From the UHGV virus genome UHGV-0196292: 44,047 nucleotides of DNA; one strand, written 5' to 3'. The stretch comes from a virus. The position numbers were made by a program, and so were the translations under genes. The number at the start of each line of letters is the position of its first letter. Position 1 is the first letter of the stretch. The notes under the pieces were generated by a model that did not search any database, was not told the DNA's origin, and was given only the letters and a program-made list of their open reading frames with translations. This document shows positions 9,261 through 17,378 of the stretch, one piece after another.

Positions 9261-9595
9261 AGGTCGAGAATCTCACGTGCTAATTCATCCGTCTTCCAGT
9301 CGCACGGGCTATCTATTACCCGTTTAGCAAGCCTACGTAACTTAAGCTCAAGTTTTACGTAATCCGGGAACTGTTCTTTGTATTTCTGTAACTCGGCGTT
9401 AACTTCTGCCAGTCTTGACACAAGCCCTTCTATCTCCATGTCCGTAGTTGTTATGTAGTCCTGGAAACTGTCATCCAGTTCCTTGTAGTCTTCGTAACTC
9501 ACCCAATCACCTTCGTCACTCTTCACTAGCTCGTGATACGGGTGGTACGGGTTAGCGCCCACATCTTTAAACTCATATCTCTGTACCATAATCAC
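9257..9595 (-). CDS. hypothetical acidic protein
   Basis: 112 aa ORF, overlapping stop/start with neighbours. Confidence 0.35.
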   Translation of the reverse strand: MIMVQRYEFKDVGANPYHPYHELVKSDEGDWVSYEDYKELDDSFQDYITTTDMEIEGLVSRLAEVNAELQKYKEQFPDYVKLELKLRRLAKRVIDSPCDWKTDELAREILDL

Positions 9596-9795
9596 TTCTC
9601 CTGTTTACCAAGTCGCTTGGGTGAGCAGATAGCGCGTACCTCTGAATCGTTAGGCTTGTCACCCTGAAACAGGAAGTGCGCGTTCTCTGCGGCGCGTGCC
9701 GCTGACTGGCACGCCTCCATAGAGTAAAACGTTTCTGCTGCCGTCAGTTGCATCTGGCCTGCGGACAATACCCAGATAAATAAGATGCTGGTCAT
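9592..9795 (-). CDS. small secreted protein (signal-peptide-like N-terminus)
   Basis: N-terminal hydrophobic stretch MTSILFIWVLSAGQMQLTAA then polar region. Confidence 0.35.
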   Translation of the reverse strand: MTSILFIWVLSAGQMQLTAAETFYSMEACQSAARAAENAHFLFQGDKPNDSEVRAICSPKRLGKQEK

Positions 9796-10331
9796 TTATT
9801 TAGCCCACATTTCTTGCACATCATCGAAGCCCCTTTATTGTAAAAGCGCCATTCGTGTTCACACTCTGGCTTGACTACACGGTAGCGGGTAATGTCACCA
9901 CGCCATCCGCGATGGTCCCAGCGCAACTCCCCCGCTACTCCAGGTTCGCATGCACTGGTCCCGTCACGCATCCTGATTTGTACAATAGTATCTTTCGGCA
10001 CCGGGCACTCACCACCTTCCCACTTAACCCACGGCTCCGCGACCTGAGTATCTTCTTTACGGCAACCGGATTGCTCCGTGGCGTACCCACCTTTGCGGAT
10101 AAGTTTGTACGCCTCCGCGTCACCCGTAGCTTTAACCAACGCGATATGCAACTCCTTAATCTGCGCCGACGCATCACGTAACTGATTCTTAAGTGACTGC
10201 ACCTCGTGCGCCAGGTCTTCGCACTGTTGCTTGTACGGGTTACTATTTACCTGCTGCCGTAACTGGTCAATCAGGTACTCGAATACTTCGTTTTTGTTAC
10301 TCATAGTACGTACCCAACCTTTTCTCCGCAT
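9792..10331 (-). CDS. hypothetical protein with coiled coil and C-terminal zinc ribbon
   Basis: CEHEW...CKKCG pair; probable start at internal Met (MSNKNEVF). Confidence 0.4.
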   Translation of the reverse strand: MRRKGWVRTMSNKNEVFEYLIDQLRQQVNSNPYKQQCEDLAHEVQSLKNQLRDASAQIKELHIALVKATGDAEAYKLIRKGGYATEQSGCRKEDTQVAEPWVKWEGGECPVPKDTIVQIRMRDGTSACEPGVAGELRWDHRGWRGDITRYRVVKPECEHEWRFYNKGASMMCKKCGLNK

Positions 10332-10612
10332 TTACTACATGTATACTGCCTGTCGGTCGTATGCTCTGCAAAGTCGACAATCACCCGATGCTCGCATTCT
10401 TCCACTTCCGGGGGTTCCGGAATCTCCATCGACATCCAGTGTGTCGCGTCTTTTACAACAAACTGGCATTCGTCGTCGGAGAAACCTTTTTGACTCCGAG
10501 AATACGCAGCCCCATGCACTACACCGTATGTCGGGGAGTACACCCATAAATCATAATCGTACTCTTCGGGTAATTGCTCGGAGCATTTAACCCACGCACC
10601 ATTAGTGTCCAT
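10301..10612 (-). CDS. DUF551-like phage protein
   Basis: N-terminal WVKCSEQLPE signature of DUF551-type proteins. Confidence 0.5.
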   Translation of the reverse strand: MDTNGAWVKCSEQLPEEYDYDLWVYSPTYGVVHGAAYSRSQKGFSDDECQFVVKDATHWMSMEIPEPPEVEECEHRVIVDFAEHTTDRQYTCSKCGEKVGYVL

Positions 10613-10644
10613 CTTCTGTCTCTCCTCTCGTTTGTGTAAATGAA

Positions 10645-10673
10645 TAGTAGCCTATTCTATCTTAGTGTGCAAG
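10645..10673 (-). promoter_or_regulatory. sigma70-like promoter TTGCAC-N17-TACTAT with GAATAG-N4-CTATTC palindrome
   Basis: Minus-strand hexamers at 10668-10673 and 10645-10650; perfect inverted repeat 10642-10657. Confidence 0.5.
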
Positions 10674-10677
10674 TAAA

Positions 10678-10851
10678 TTTATTGGTGTGTTATGGAGTCG
10701 AGGAATGCCAGTAACTCCTTCTCCGCTTCTACTTCCCTTTCTTCAAGCGACCAGGTAGCGGATCCCTCTGTTGCCGTTGCTAAATCTGTTTTCACATCAA
10801 TCATCGTGTCGATCAACGCGATTAGTTGTTCAGCCTGTTCTTTAGTAATCA
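10678..10851 (-). CDS. small helical acidic protein (57 aa, below ORF-track cutoff)
   Basis: Hand translation MITKEQAEQLIALIDTMIDVKTDLATATEG...; preferred over antisense track ORF 10692-10913. Confidence 0.35.
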
Positions 10852-10924
10852 TTGTTGCATATCCTGCAATAGTCGCTTCTATTGTTGCGTTTGGTGAAAT
10901 AGAACAAAAATGAGAAAAATGATA

Positions 10925-10948
10925 CGCTGCTGTGTAGCAGCGTAAGAC
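10925..10948 (-). terminator. hairpin terminator/attenuator on minus strand
   Basis: Perfect 8-bp stem ACGCTGCT-acac-AGCAGCGT followed by T-rich tract (atcatttttctcattttt) on minus strand. Confidence 0.5.
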
Positions 10949-11010
10949 ACAAAGACAAATAGTAACCTATTGACCTGTTACACCAGCGACGGCGGCTCGG
11001 GTAACGGCAT

Positions 11011-11184
11011 CTAGTGAGAAAACACTTCCTGCGCGTGTTCCCCGTAGTCAGCACGGAAATCACACCAAGTTACCCCATCCCACTCGTACACATTGTTCTG
11101 TACCACACCGCCCATACTACTGACGACCAAAACTGGTTTGCCTAGCTCTGGCATCCTCTCACTACACTTAATCCACTCACTCAT
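11011..11184 (-). CDS. DUF551-like protein (57 aa, below ORF-track cutoff)
   Basis: Hand translation MSEWIKCSERMPELGKPVLVV... carries the DUF551 signature. Confidence 0.45.
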   Translation of the reverse strand: MSEWIKCSERMPELGKPVLVVSSMGGVVQNNVYEWDGVTWCDFRADYGEHAQEVFSH

Positions 11185-11187
11185 AAA

Positions 11188-11331
11188 TCACCTCGTATTC
11201 ATCACAGTTTGCACACCAGCTTTCCACGCCCGCCACGCGAGACGCGTCTTAACGTTCAGGTACTCTTTCTTCGAACCCTTGTTAACCGGCAGACCCTCGA
11301 CGACGGCCCACCGTTCGAATGCTTCTCTCAT
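11188..11331 (-). CDS. hypothetical small protein (47 aa)
   Basis: Hand-translated minus-strand ORF with GAGGA RBS, tightly packed between neighbours. Confidence 0.3.
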   Translation of the reverse strand: MREAFERWAVVEGLPVNKGSKKEYLNVKTRLAWRAWKAGVQTVMNTR

Positions 11332-11334
11332 AAC

Positions 11335-11556
11335 TTAGTCCTCGCTTAACGCCTGAGTCGCGACCAGGATGATAGCGGATAAACACTGTGCGCAAGGCTC
11401 TTGCCTGAATCCGTTTTCTACGGCAATTAAGGCGTGTTGAGCATCCTGGAACAACCATTCACCGTACGATGGAGAAGCCCCGCACCACGTTTCTATTTTA
11501 TTCGTCGGTAATTTAACCCCGTCCCGATGGTCTACCTTGATTATGTGTTTTCTCAT
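11335..11556 (-). CDS. hypothetical protein
   Basis: 73 aa ORF in operon. Confidence 0.35.
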   Translation of the reverse strand: MRKHIIKVDHRDGVKLPTNKIETWCGASPSYGEWLFQDAQHALIAVENGFRQEPCAQCLSAIILVATQALSED

Positions 11557-11834
11557 ACCAACCCCATCTTCTCTTTAACGTGCACCCAAAACTCACCGCA
11601 GTACCAGCACCACATAAGATTAGGTGTCTCGCGAACCCAACCGTAATCCCCGCGGGCGCGAATCGGGATAATGCCTTTAGTGAAATAATAACCTGTCCGC
11701 AGAAACTCAGGGTCGCGCGTCGCGGTGCGCCACATGTTATAAAACTGCGCCAGCCCGGCACCCCGACGCATGACCCGTACCTTATGAAGGGTGTCAGAGA
11801 CTTTTTCCAGTTCAGCGTTATTCATTAACGGCAA
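11553..11834 (-). CDS. hypothetical protein
   Basis: 93 aa ORF with CWYCGEF motif. Confidence 0.35.
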   Translation of the reverse strand: MPLMNNAELEKVSDTLHKVRVMRRGAGLAQFYNMWRTATRDPEFLRTGYYFTKGIIPIRARGDYGWVRETPNLMWCWYCGEFWVHVKEKMGLV

Positions 11835-12028
11835 CCTCCCTCAGAGTCGTCGGCACGAGCATCATGATTCGATGCCGTTCGTAGCGCACGTAAAACTTTT
11901 AGCAGGTCCTTCCATACCCCGGAAGAAATAGTTGGGCCGTCGAATAAAATAACTTCGTATCTGTTTACCTGGAAATGCACTTTCTCCAGTCTATGATGTT
12001 TCAGTTCTTCAAATAATTCTTCCATCAC
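11825..12028 (-). CDS. hypothetical protein
   Basis: 67 aa ORF. Confidence 0.3.
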   Translation of the reverse strand: MMEELFEELKHHRLEKVHFQVNRYEVILFDGPTISSGVWKDLLKVLRALRTASNHDARADDSEGGCR

Positions 12029-12216
12029 TTCACCCCTTTGAATTTAAAATTGTTGCCGATGAGACACATATCCTGTGCGTATAAAACGGTGAGATACGAC
12101 CCCGTTAAAGATTCAGCAAAATAGATATTATTTTCTTTATGAAATGCGAATATGACCGCAAGCTCCCCAGTCCCCGTAATTCTCACCAACTGACCCTTCT
12201 TAAACATAACTCTCAC
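12025..12216 (-). CDS. hypothetical protein (first gene of minus-strand early operon)
   Basis: 63 aa ORF directly downstream of promoter 12242-12270. Confidence 0.35.
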   Translation of the reverse strand: MRVMFKKGQLVRITGTGELAVIFAFHKENNIYFAESLTGSYLTVLYAQDMCLIGNNFKFKGVK

Positions 12217-12241
12217 TCCTCTGTCTCGTTCCGATAAGTGA

Positions 12242-12270
12242 ATAGTATCCTATTATGCTGGGGCGTGCAA
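12242..12270 (-). promoter_or_regulatory. sigma70-like promoter TTGCAC-N17-TACTAT with GAATAG-N4-CTATT palindrome
   Basis: Minus-strand hexamers at 12265-12270 and 12242-12247. Confidence 0.5.
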
Positions 12271-12644
12271 GAGAATAGTTACGTTGCCGTTGTGATTCTT
12301 TCGTTTCTTAAAAGAGTACGCAACGCAGTGGGTGGGCGTTAGCCCACCCCAGCGGAGTGAAGTACTCTCCGCCTTGCTCACGGCAACTGTAGAAACTTTT
12401 AATTATCAGTGACTTAAGAGGTATGATGCCGATGAGAATAGAGCTTACCCAGGGCAACCGGAGATACAAGGAAGGAAAGTTACGGTAATTCTTATGTTCA
12501 GTAATCTGCCGCTTAACACTTCGCTTGCGCTTTGGCGCCGCTGCGTTTCAAGCGGGTATTACAAGGTGAACAGGAATCAAAGTAACTAAGATATAGAAGC
12601 ACCTTAAACGAAGATTTTCATAATGTCAATATGTGCGATTATGT

Positions 12645-12673
12645 TTGATTTCCCATTATTCGCAATGTATACT
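12645..12673 (+). promoter_or_regulatory. sigma70-like promoter TTGATT-N17-TATACT for plus-strand replication block
   Basis: Hexamers at 12645-12650 and 12668-12673. Confidence 0.45.
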
Positions 12674-12705
12674 TGGTTCCTATAACTGATAATGAGGGTT
12701 TGAGA

Positions 12706-12876
12706 ATGACACAGAATGAGGTAGCTGAGCGTATCGGGGTTACTCGTCGCACACTTAATAACTGGTTAAAGAGTGGGAAGTTCCCGGATTGTTGTATCCG
12801 TATTATGGGTCGCCGTCAGCCAGGTACGTTCGACCCGGAGAAAGTGGAAGCGTGGATTAAGGAGAACGTGAAATGA
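12706..12876 (+). CDS. AlpA/excisionase-like HTH transcriptional regulator
   Basis: ATG at 12706 with GAGGG RBS (track start 12673 is TTG); VAERIGVTRRTLNNWLKSGKFP HTH pattern. Confidence 0.5.
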   Translation: MTQNEVAERIGVTRRTLNNWLKSGKFPDCCIRIMGRRQPGTFDPEKVEAWIKENVK

Positions 12877-13106
12877 CCGAATTTCAGTCGCGCGTATTTA
12901 CGGCGGTCGTTTCGTTAACACGTAAAAAAGGGTCATGCAGTGTTATCGACTTGCGCCGTAGTTATTTTAAGTACTATAGTTCAGCCATTATTGAAGGGTC
13001 GTTGAAAGTGCTGGTTAAATCGGGTGTCGTGAAAAACGTTGGCGGGAAATATAACGCTGTTGCTGAAGTTCGCGGAATGACCGCTACTTTAGAAGACCTG
13101 GAATAA
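12873..13106 (+). CDS. hypothetical protein
   Basis: 77 aa ORF, overlapping start/stop. Confidence 0.4.
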   Translation: MTEFQSRVFTAVVSLTRKKGSCSVIDLRRSYFKYYSSAIIEGSLKVLVKSGVVKNVGGKYNAVAEVRGMTATLEDLE

Positions 13107-13165
13107 AAGAAAGCCCCGACGCGGTGAACGCCGAGGCCAAATTACTTGCTGAAGGAATATACAAC

Positions 13166-15433
13166 ATGTCCGATGTAATTTTATCCTACTCGTGGTCTCG
13201 TCGCAACGCGCGGGCGGAGAAAAAGGATATAAACGTCAAAACCACACACACGGCAACACTGGACGACCTGAAAGAGCTAATTAAGCCGCTTGATGCTATT
13301 CGTGATGGAATTAACCCGAAGACCGCGCCTGGCTACATCACCGCCGCGTGTGACTCGACGCACAGCACCGTAAAAGACCCGGAAACCGGCGACTTTAAGC
13401 AGGCGCGTAAAGGCTTCTTCTATCGTTGCGACGCGTCTGTAAGCAAATCGTCACTGGCGTATCTGGATTTCGACAGCGCAACGCCGGAAGAGTATCAGGA
13501 AGCGGTGCGCCGGGTTAAGCGCAGTCGTCGCGCGATGTGCCTCTACACCACGGCATCCCATACCGATGAGTCACCGCGCTTTCGCGTCGTCATGCCGCTG
13601 GGTCGCCCTGTCGAAGGGGGTGACATCATCCGCGTACGTCACGGGTTGCTGGAACACTTCTTCAAAGGCATGGGCGCTGACCGCAGCGGGTTCACTCTGT
13701 CGCAGCCGATGTATCTGCCTCCGGTCGGCGCTACCGTTATCTGGTCGCGCCGTAACGACCTGATTGACCCGGACGAGTTGCTTGAAGGCATCCCCGACGT
13801 TGACGTTAGCAGCGCATCCGACTACCAGATACCGGAAGAACTGCGCACCGCGTTTACTGATGCGTTTGAAGCACTGGCATTCGAGTACGGCGGCATCATG
13901 ACACCCCGCGGTCTGAAAATGCCAGCTACGCCGGAACACGCAGAAAACTACAGCGACCCGACGCCGCGTCCGGATGACTTCCTGCTGTGTTTCCCGCGTG
14001 AAGGGTACGAAGCGCCGAACGTAACCATGATTCATGACACCGACATTACGGCGACCGAAGGCATGCCACCGAAAGAGGTGTGGAAGTATGCGTGCGATGC
14101 GACAGGGCTGCCGTTCAGTGAAGTTGCAGAGGCCATCGGATGGGGTGCACGTGAATCTGTTTCATGCAGCCTGGACGACCTGGAAGACGACGAGGATCCA
14201 GAGGAGGACGAGTTACCGGAACCGGTAAAGGCGGATTTCGTCGTTGAGGGGTACATGCCGTCGGATTGCATCTGGGATATCGTCGGGGAATCTGGCACGT
14301 ACAAATCGTTCTATACGCTGGGGATGATGTACCTCAGCGCCGCCGGATACCGGTTTGCGGGAGCCGATACGCAGCGTTGCCACCATTTCTATATCGACGG
14401 CGAGGGTGGTGCAGCTACGCGCACACGTATCGATGCACTCGCGGCTAAATACGGCGAGGAAGGTAAAGATTATGTACATGTCATTGACATGGGTGAAGTC
14501 GGCAAGCTGAAAAACCTGATTAAGTTGATGCGTGAAACTGCTGGCGACGAGCCAATTGGCATGGTTGCGTTCGACACCCTTAACCAGACGCTGGCCCTGA
14601 CGATTGATAAGTTTGACGAGAACAGTTCATCAACGGCAATCGGCATGGGTAAAGTCATCGCCATCCTGAAAGAAGTGCGTGACGCGACTAAAGCTGCGGT
14701 AGGCGTTGTCCACCATACGCCGAAGGGTGGAAAGAAAGCCCGCGGCAGCGGGGCGCTGTATGCGGGCGTCGACGTGGAACTGACAATTGAACGCGCAACC
14801 GACCGCCAGATAAACGTATATCACTCTAAATTTAAGCACGGGCCGCAACAGAAGACGGTCGGCATGGTGCTTGAGTCTGTACAGTTCCGTGAAGCGCCGC
14901 CGCCGAAAGAGTATCGCGCCGTTGAGTTCCTCGGTAGCACGGAGGAATACGGCACAATAGTAAACCTCGACCTGCCGGAGCCGCACAAGGCGCTTGTGCT
15001 GATGCCGTGGGGCTTCGAGCCGTTCAAGACTGACGAGGAGAAAGAGCGGGAAGAAGGTCTGACAAAGGAAGGTAAAGAAAACGTACGTAAAACCGTAGAG
15101 AACGCCGTCAACAGTTCGGAGGCCACGATACTGGCAGCGTTTGAACTGGCAGAAGGAACCTACAGCGGCAACGAAGGTATCACGGTAGCCGCAGCGAATA
15201 AGCTCGCACAGTCCGACCCTAACGCAAAGGCGTTCAACTCTAAAGAAGCCATAGAACGCGGGAAGATTAAGAAAATGGTTGAGGCCGGGTATCTTGTTCC
15301 GGGTACTGACGAAAACAATCAGATAATCCCTGGCCGTTACAGGCTGAACACCCGGATAACGGATAACAAGATTCCGAAGACAATATACGAACCGAATGAA
15401 ATGTTAACAGTGACAGAGGAGGATTTGGAATGA
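13166..15433 (+). CDS. DNA primase-polymerase / RecA-like helicase fusion
   Basis: N-terminal prim-pol-like region; central Walker A (GESGTYKS) of RepA/DnaB-like ATPase; ATG at 13166 preferred over GTG at 13124. Confidence 0.7.
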   Translation: MSDVILSYSWSRRNARAEKKDINVKTTHTATLDDLKELIKPLDAIRDGINPKTAPGYITAACDSTHSTVKDPETGDFKQARKGFFYRCDASVSKSSLAYLDFDSATPEEYQEAVRRVKRSRRAMCLYTTASHTDESPRFRVVMPLGRPVEGGDIIRVRHGLLEHFFKGMGADRSGFTLSQPMYLPPVGATVIWSRRNDLIDPDELLEGIPDVDVSSASDYQIPEELRTAFTDAFEALAFEYGGIMTPRGLKMPATPEHAENYSDPTPRPDDFLLCFPREGYEAPNVTMIHDTDITATEGMPPKEVWKYACDATGLPFSEVAEAIGWGARESVSCSLDDLEDDEDPEEDELPEPVKADFVVEGYMPSDCIWDIVGESGTYKSFYTLGMMYLSAAGYRFAGADTQRCHHFYIDGEGGAATRTRIDALAAKYGEEGKDYVHVIDMGEVGKLKNLIKLMRETAGDEPIGMVAFDTLNQTLALTIDKFDENSSSTAIGMGKVIAILKEVRDATKAAVGVVHHTPKGGKKARGSGALYAGVDVELTIERATDRQINVYHSKFKHGPQQKTVGMVLESVQFREAPPPKEYRAVEFLGSTEEYGTIVNLDLPEPHKALVLMPWGFEPFKTDEEKEREEGLTKEGKENVRKTVENAVNSSEATILAAFELAEGTYSGNEGITVAAANKLAQSDPNAKAFNSKEAIERGKIKKMVEAGYLVPGTDENNQIIPGRYRLNTRITDNKIPKTIYEPNEMLTVTEEDLE

Positions 15434-15627
15434 GCGGTAAATTTAAAGAAGTAAGCGACGAACTGAAAGGTAATAAATACACCAACCACAGAGGTGAAAT
15501 AGTAGAAGTTCTTAACGTAGTTCCTTATGGGCGTGGCTACCATGTTGTGTTCAGCTACACGGAGGCTTACAGCGTGTACTGCGGGTTAGGTAAGTTTCGC
15601 AAAAGATACCCGATAAAGGTGCAATAA
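15430..15627 (+). CDS. hypothetical protein
   Basis: 65 aa ORF; start overlaps primase stop within GAGGAGG. Confidence 0.4.
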   Translation: MSGKFKEVSDELKGNKYTNHRGEIVEVLNVVPYGRGYHVVFSYTEAYSVYCGLGKFRKRYPIKVQ

Positions 15628-15632
15628 AAAGA

Positions 15633-15652
15633 AAGGGGCGTTAAGCCCCTTC
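15633..15652 (-). terminator. terminator hairpin for the XRE gene
   Basis: AAGGGGC-gttaa-GCCCCTT with T-run on the minus strand. Confidence 0.5.
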
Positions 15653-15856
15653 ACCGAACGCCAGCCACTTGGCGTCTACTTGCAGCACTTCCGCCAGTTT
15701 AAACAGCGTTGCCGGTCGGACGTCCTGAGTTACCCCGAGTGCCAGTTGGTTAATCGCGCCCTGAGAAACACCAGCCAGAACAGCCAGACGGCGCTGGGAG
15801 AGGCCTAGCTCTTTACGGCGTTGTTCTACACGGATGCCTAGTTCAGATGGTTGCAT
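15641..15856 (-). CDS. XRE-family HTH regulator (Cro/CI-type)
   Basis: HTH motif QRRLAVLAGVSQGAINQLALG; lone minus-strand gene inside plus-strand block with own promoter and terminator. Confidence 0.7.
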   Translation of the reverse strand: MQPSELGIRVEQRRKELGLSQRRLAVLAGVSQGAINQLALGVTQDVRPATLFKLAEVLQVDAKWLAFGEGA

Positions 15857-15887
15857 GTCAATTACTCCTTAGTCAGTTGATATGTGA

Positions 15888-15916
15888 ATAGTACCATATT
15901 AATTATTTTAGAAAAG
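15888..15916 (-). promoter_or_regulatory. promoter of XRE gene (TG-extended TACTAT -10, weak -35) overlapped by palindrome
   Basis: Minus-strand TGGTACTAT (15888-15896); GAATAG..ATATT palindrome 15887-15901. Confidence 0.4.
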
Positions 15917-15920
15917 CCCA

Positions 15921-15949
15921 TTGACAACATGAATAGTTCGCTATTATAG
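15921..15949 (+). promoter_or_regulatory. divergent sigma70-like promoter (TTGACA-N17-TTATAG) overlapped by GAATAG-N4-CTATT palindrome
   Basis: Consensus -35 at 15921-15926; palindrome 15932-15946. Confidence 0.5.
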
Positions 15950-15981
15950 TTAGCCTATACCAAACGAGAGGAGAGAAACAA

Positions 15982-16131
15982 ATGACCAATAACCGCAAAG
16001 CAAAGATTCTGTTAGGCCTTGATATTGCATTTGGAACTAAAGAAACCGCACGCTATCGCGTAAGCAACAATCGTGTTGGCTTCTTCGACAAAGCGACGGG
16101 CCGGTTAGTTAAAACCGTTAAATACAAATAA
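15982..16131 (+). CDS. small basic protein (49 aa), first gene after the switch region
   Basis: Strong RBS GAGAGGAGAG; hand translation MTNNRKAKILLGLDIAFGTKE...; below ORF-track cutoff. Confidence 0.4.
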   Translation: MTNNRKAKILLGLDIAFGTKETARYRVSNNRVGFFDKATGRLVKTVKYK

Positions 16132-16146
16132 ACAGGAGAACAAATA

Positions 16147-16608
16147 ATGTTAGACCAATTCTTAAAATTACTGGAACGTTTCGTAGTTGCCCATGAACTG
16201 ATTGCTGCGAACAGTGTGAAACAGGTTGTCGTTGCTGAAACTGCAACAATCGGGCCTACTGTTGCAACAAAAGAAATCCCGGTTGAAGGAGAAGACGTCG
16301 TCGACACTAAACCTGCAGAAGAAGAGAAGCCGAAACGCAAGCCGCGTAAAGGTAAAGTAGAGGAACCTGCGCCAGAGCCGGAAGAAGAGAAAGAAGAGGT
16401 CGATTACCAGTCCATTCGCGACCAGATTCAGGCTATCGACGACGCGATTAACGAGGGTCCTAGTGATGCCGCGTGCGATGATTCCGATGAACTGCTGGAA
16501 GAGTTCACCGGTAAGAAGATGAAGATTGCCGCGATTAAAGACGAAGACCTTGCGGAGTACCTGGAACGCCTGACGGCAATCAAGAACAAGTATTTCGAAG
16601 AAGAATAA
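16147..16608 (+). CDS. highly acidic protein
   Basis: 153 aa with long Glu/Asp-rich tracts (EEPAPEPEEEKEE; DDSDELLEEF). Confidence 0.5.
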   Translation: MLDQFLKLLERFVVAHELIAANSVKQVVVAETATIGPTVATKEIPVEGEDVVDTKPAEEEKPKRKPRKGKVEEPAPEPEEEKEEVDYQSIRDQIQAIDDAINEGPSDAACDDSDELLEEFTGKKMKIAAIKDEDLAEYLERLTAIKNKYFEEE

Positions 16609-16651
16609 TTATCCCGCGGCCTTCGGGCCGCTTTAACTGAGGGTCGGAATT

Positions 16652-16855
16652 ATGGCTATTTTAGCTAAGAAAAGTGGGCTTATGATTTCAGGGCGAGTCA
16701 TAGAAGAAACAGATAACTTTGTATGCTTCCACGCGGTAGATAATAAACGCCCTACGTATGTACAAAAGTCGGATAAAACACAAAAAGTTTTCGACGGTGA
16801 TTTTTCTATGGATGACGTTTTCTCGTGGATTAATTCTGTGAGGGTAAAGAAATGA
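16652..16855 (+). CDS. hypothetical protein
   Basis: 67 aa ORF in operon. Confidence 0.4.
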   Translation: MAILAKKSGLMISGRVIEETDNFVCFHAVDNKRPTYVQKSDKTQKVFDGDFSMDDVFSWINSVRVKK

Positions 16856-17124
16856 TTTACCAACTCTACCGCGCCGTAGACAGGCGGGATAACACAGAGG
16901 CGTTGTGGCTGTTGCGTGCGCCGTCCGGTGCGCACCAGATGGAAGAGATGGCGTACTTAGGCAAAGTGCCGCACCCTAAAGATATAGGCCGTCACGTGTC
17001 GCAGATTAAGCGCACGACTTTCGCCAAGCCTGACTTTTATGTCTTCGAGTCGATGTACGGGTGGGCTATGCATTGTGACCATAAGACACGACATTTAATT
17101 GACCAGTGGGGGAACAGGGTATGA
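16852..17124 (+). CDS. hypothetical protein
   Basis: 90 aa ORF, overlapping start/stop. Confidence 0.4.
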   Translation: MIYQLYRAVDRRDNTEALWLLRAPSGAHQMEEMAYLGKVPHPKDIGRHVSQIKRTTFAKPDFYVFESMYGWAMHCDHKTRHLIDQWGNRV

Positions 17125-17378
17125 ATTGGGTTAGCGTAAACGAAGCATTACCGGAGTCAAAAGATGATTCTGTTTTAGTTTGCTCAGTAGACGGTAGTAA
17201 ATGCGACGATAATGGGTTCCCGGAAGGTGGAATTGATTTTGTGCACATACAGGACTATTTCGACGACATTACTGCGGGGCTGGATGAAAACGGAAATCAG
17301 TTATATACGAAACAGTATATCGAGATGGGTATAACACACTGGATGTATTTACCAGAACTACCGGAGGAGGCTAAATAA
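17106..17378 (+). CDS. DUF551-like phage protein
   Basis: WVSVNEALPE signature near N-terminus. Confidence 0.5.
   Translation: MGEQGMNWVSVNEALPESKDDSVLVCSVDGSKCDDNGFPEGGIDFVHIQDYFDDITAGLDENGNQLYTKQYIEMGITHWMYLPELPEEAK

Noticed and set aside
10692-10913. 73-aa plus-strand ORF
   Set aside because: Antisense to a minus-strand 57-aa ORF that fits the operon; the plus-strand translation is Ser/Ala/Ile low complexity.
11093-11338. 81-aa plus-strand ORF
   Set aside because: The same DNA encodes a DUF551-signature ORF and a 47-aa ORF on the minus strand with proper RBSs; the plus-strand translation is junk-like.
13571-15126. Several 60-150-aa minus-strand and alternative-frame ORFs inside the primase gene
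   Set aside because: All lie within a long, motif-bearing coding region; typical spurious ORFs.
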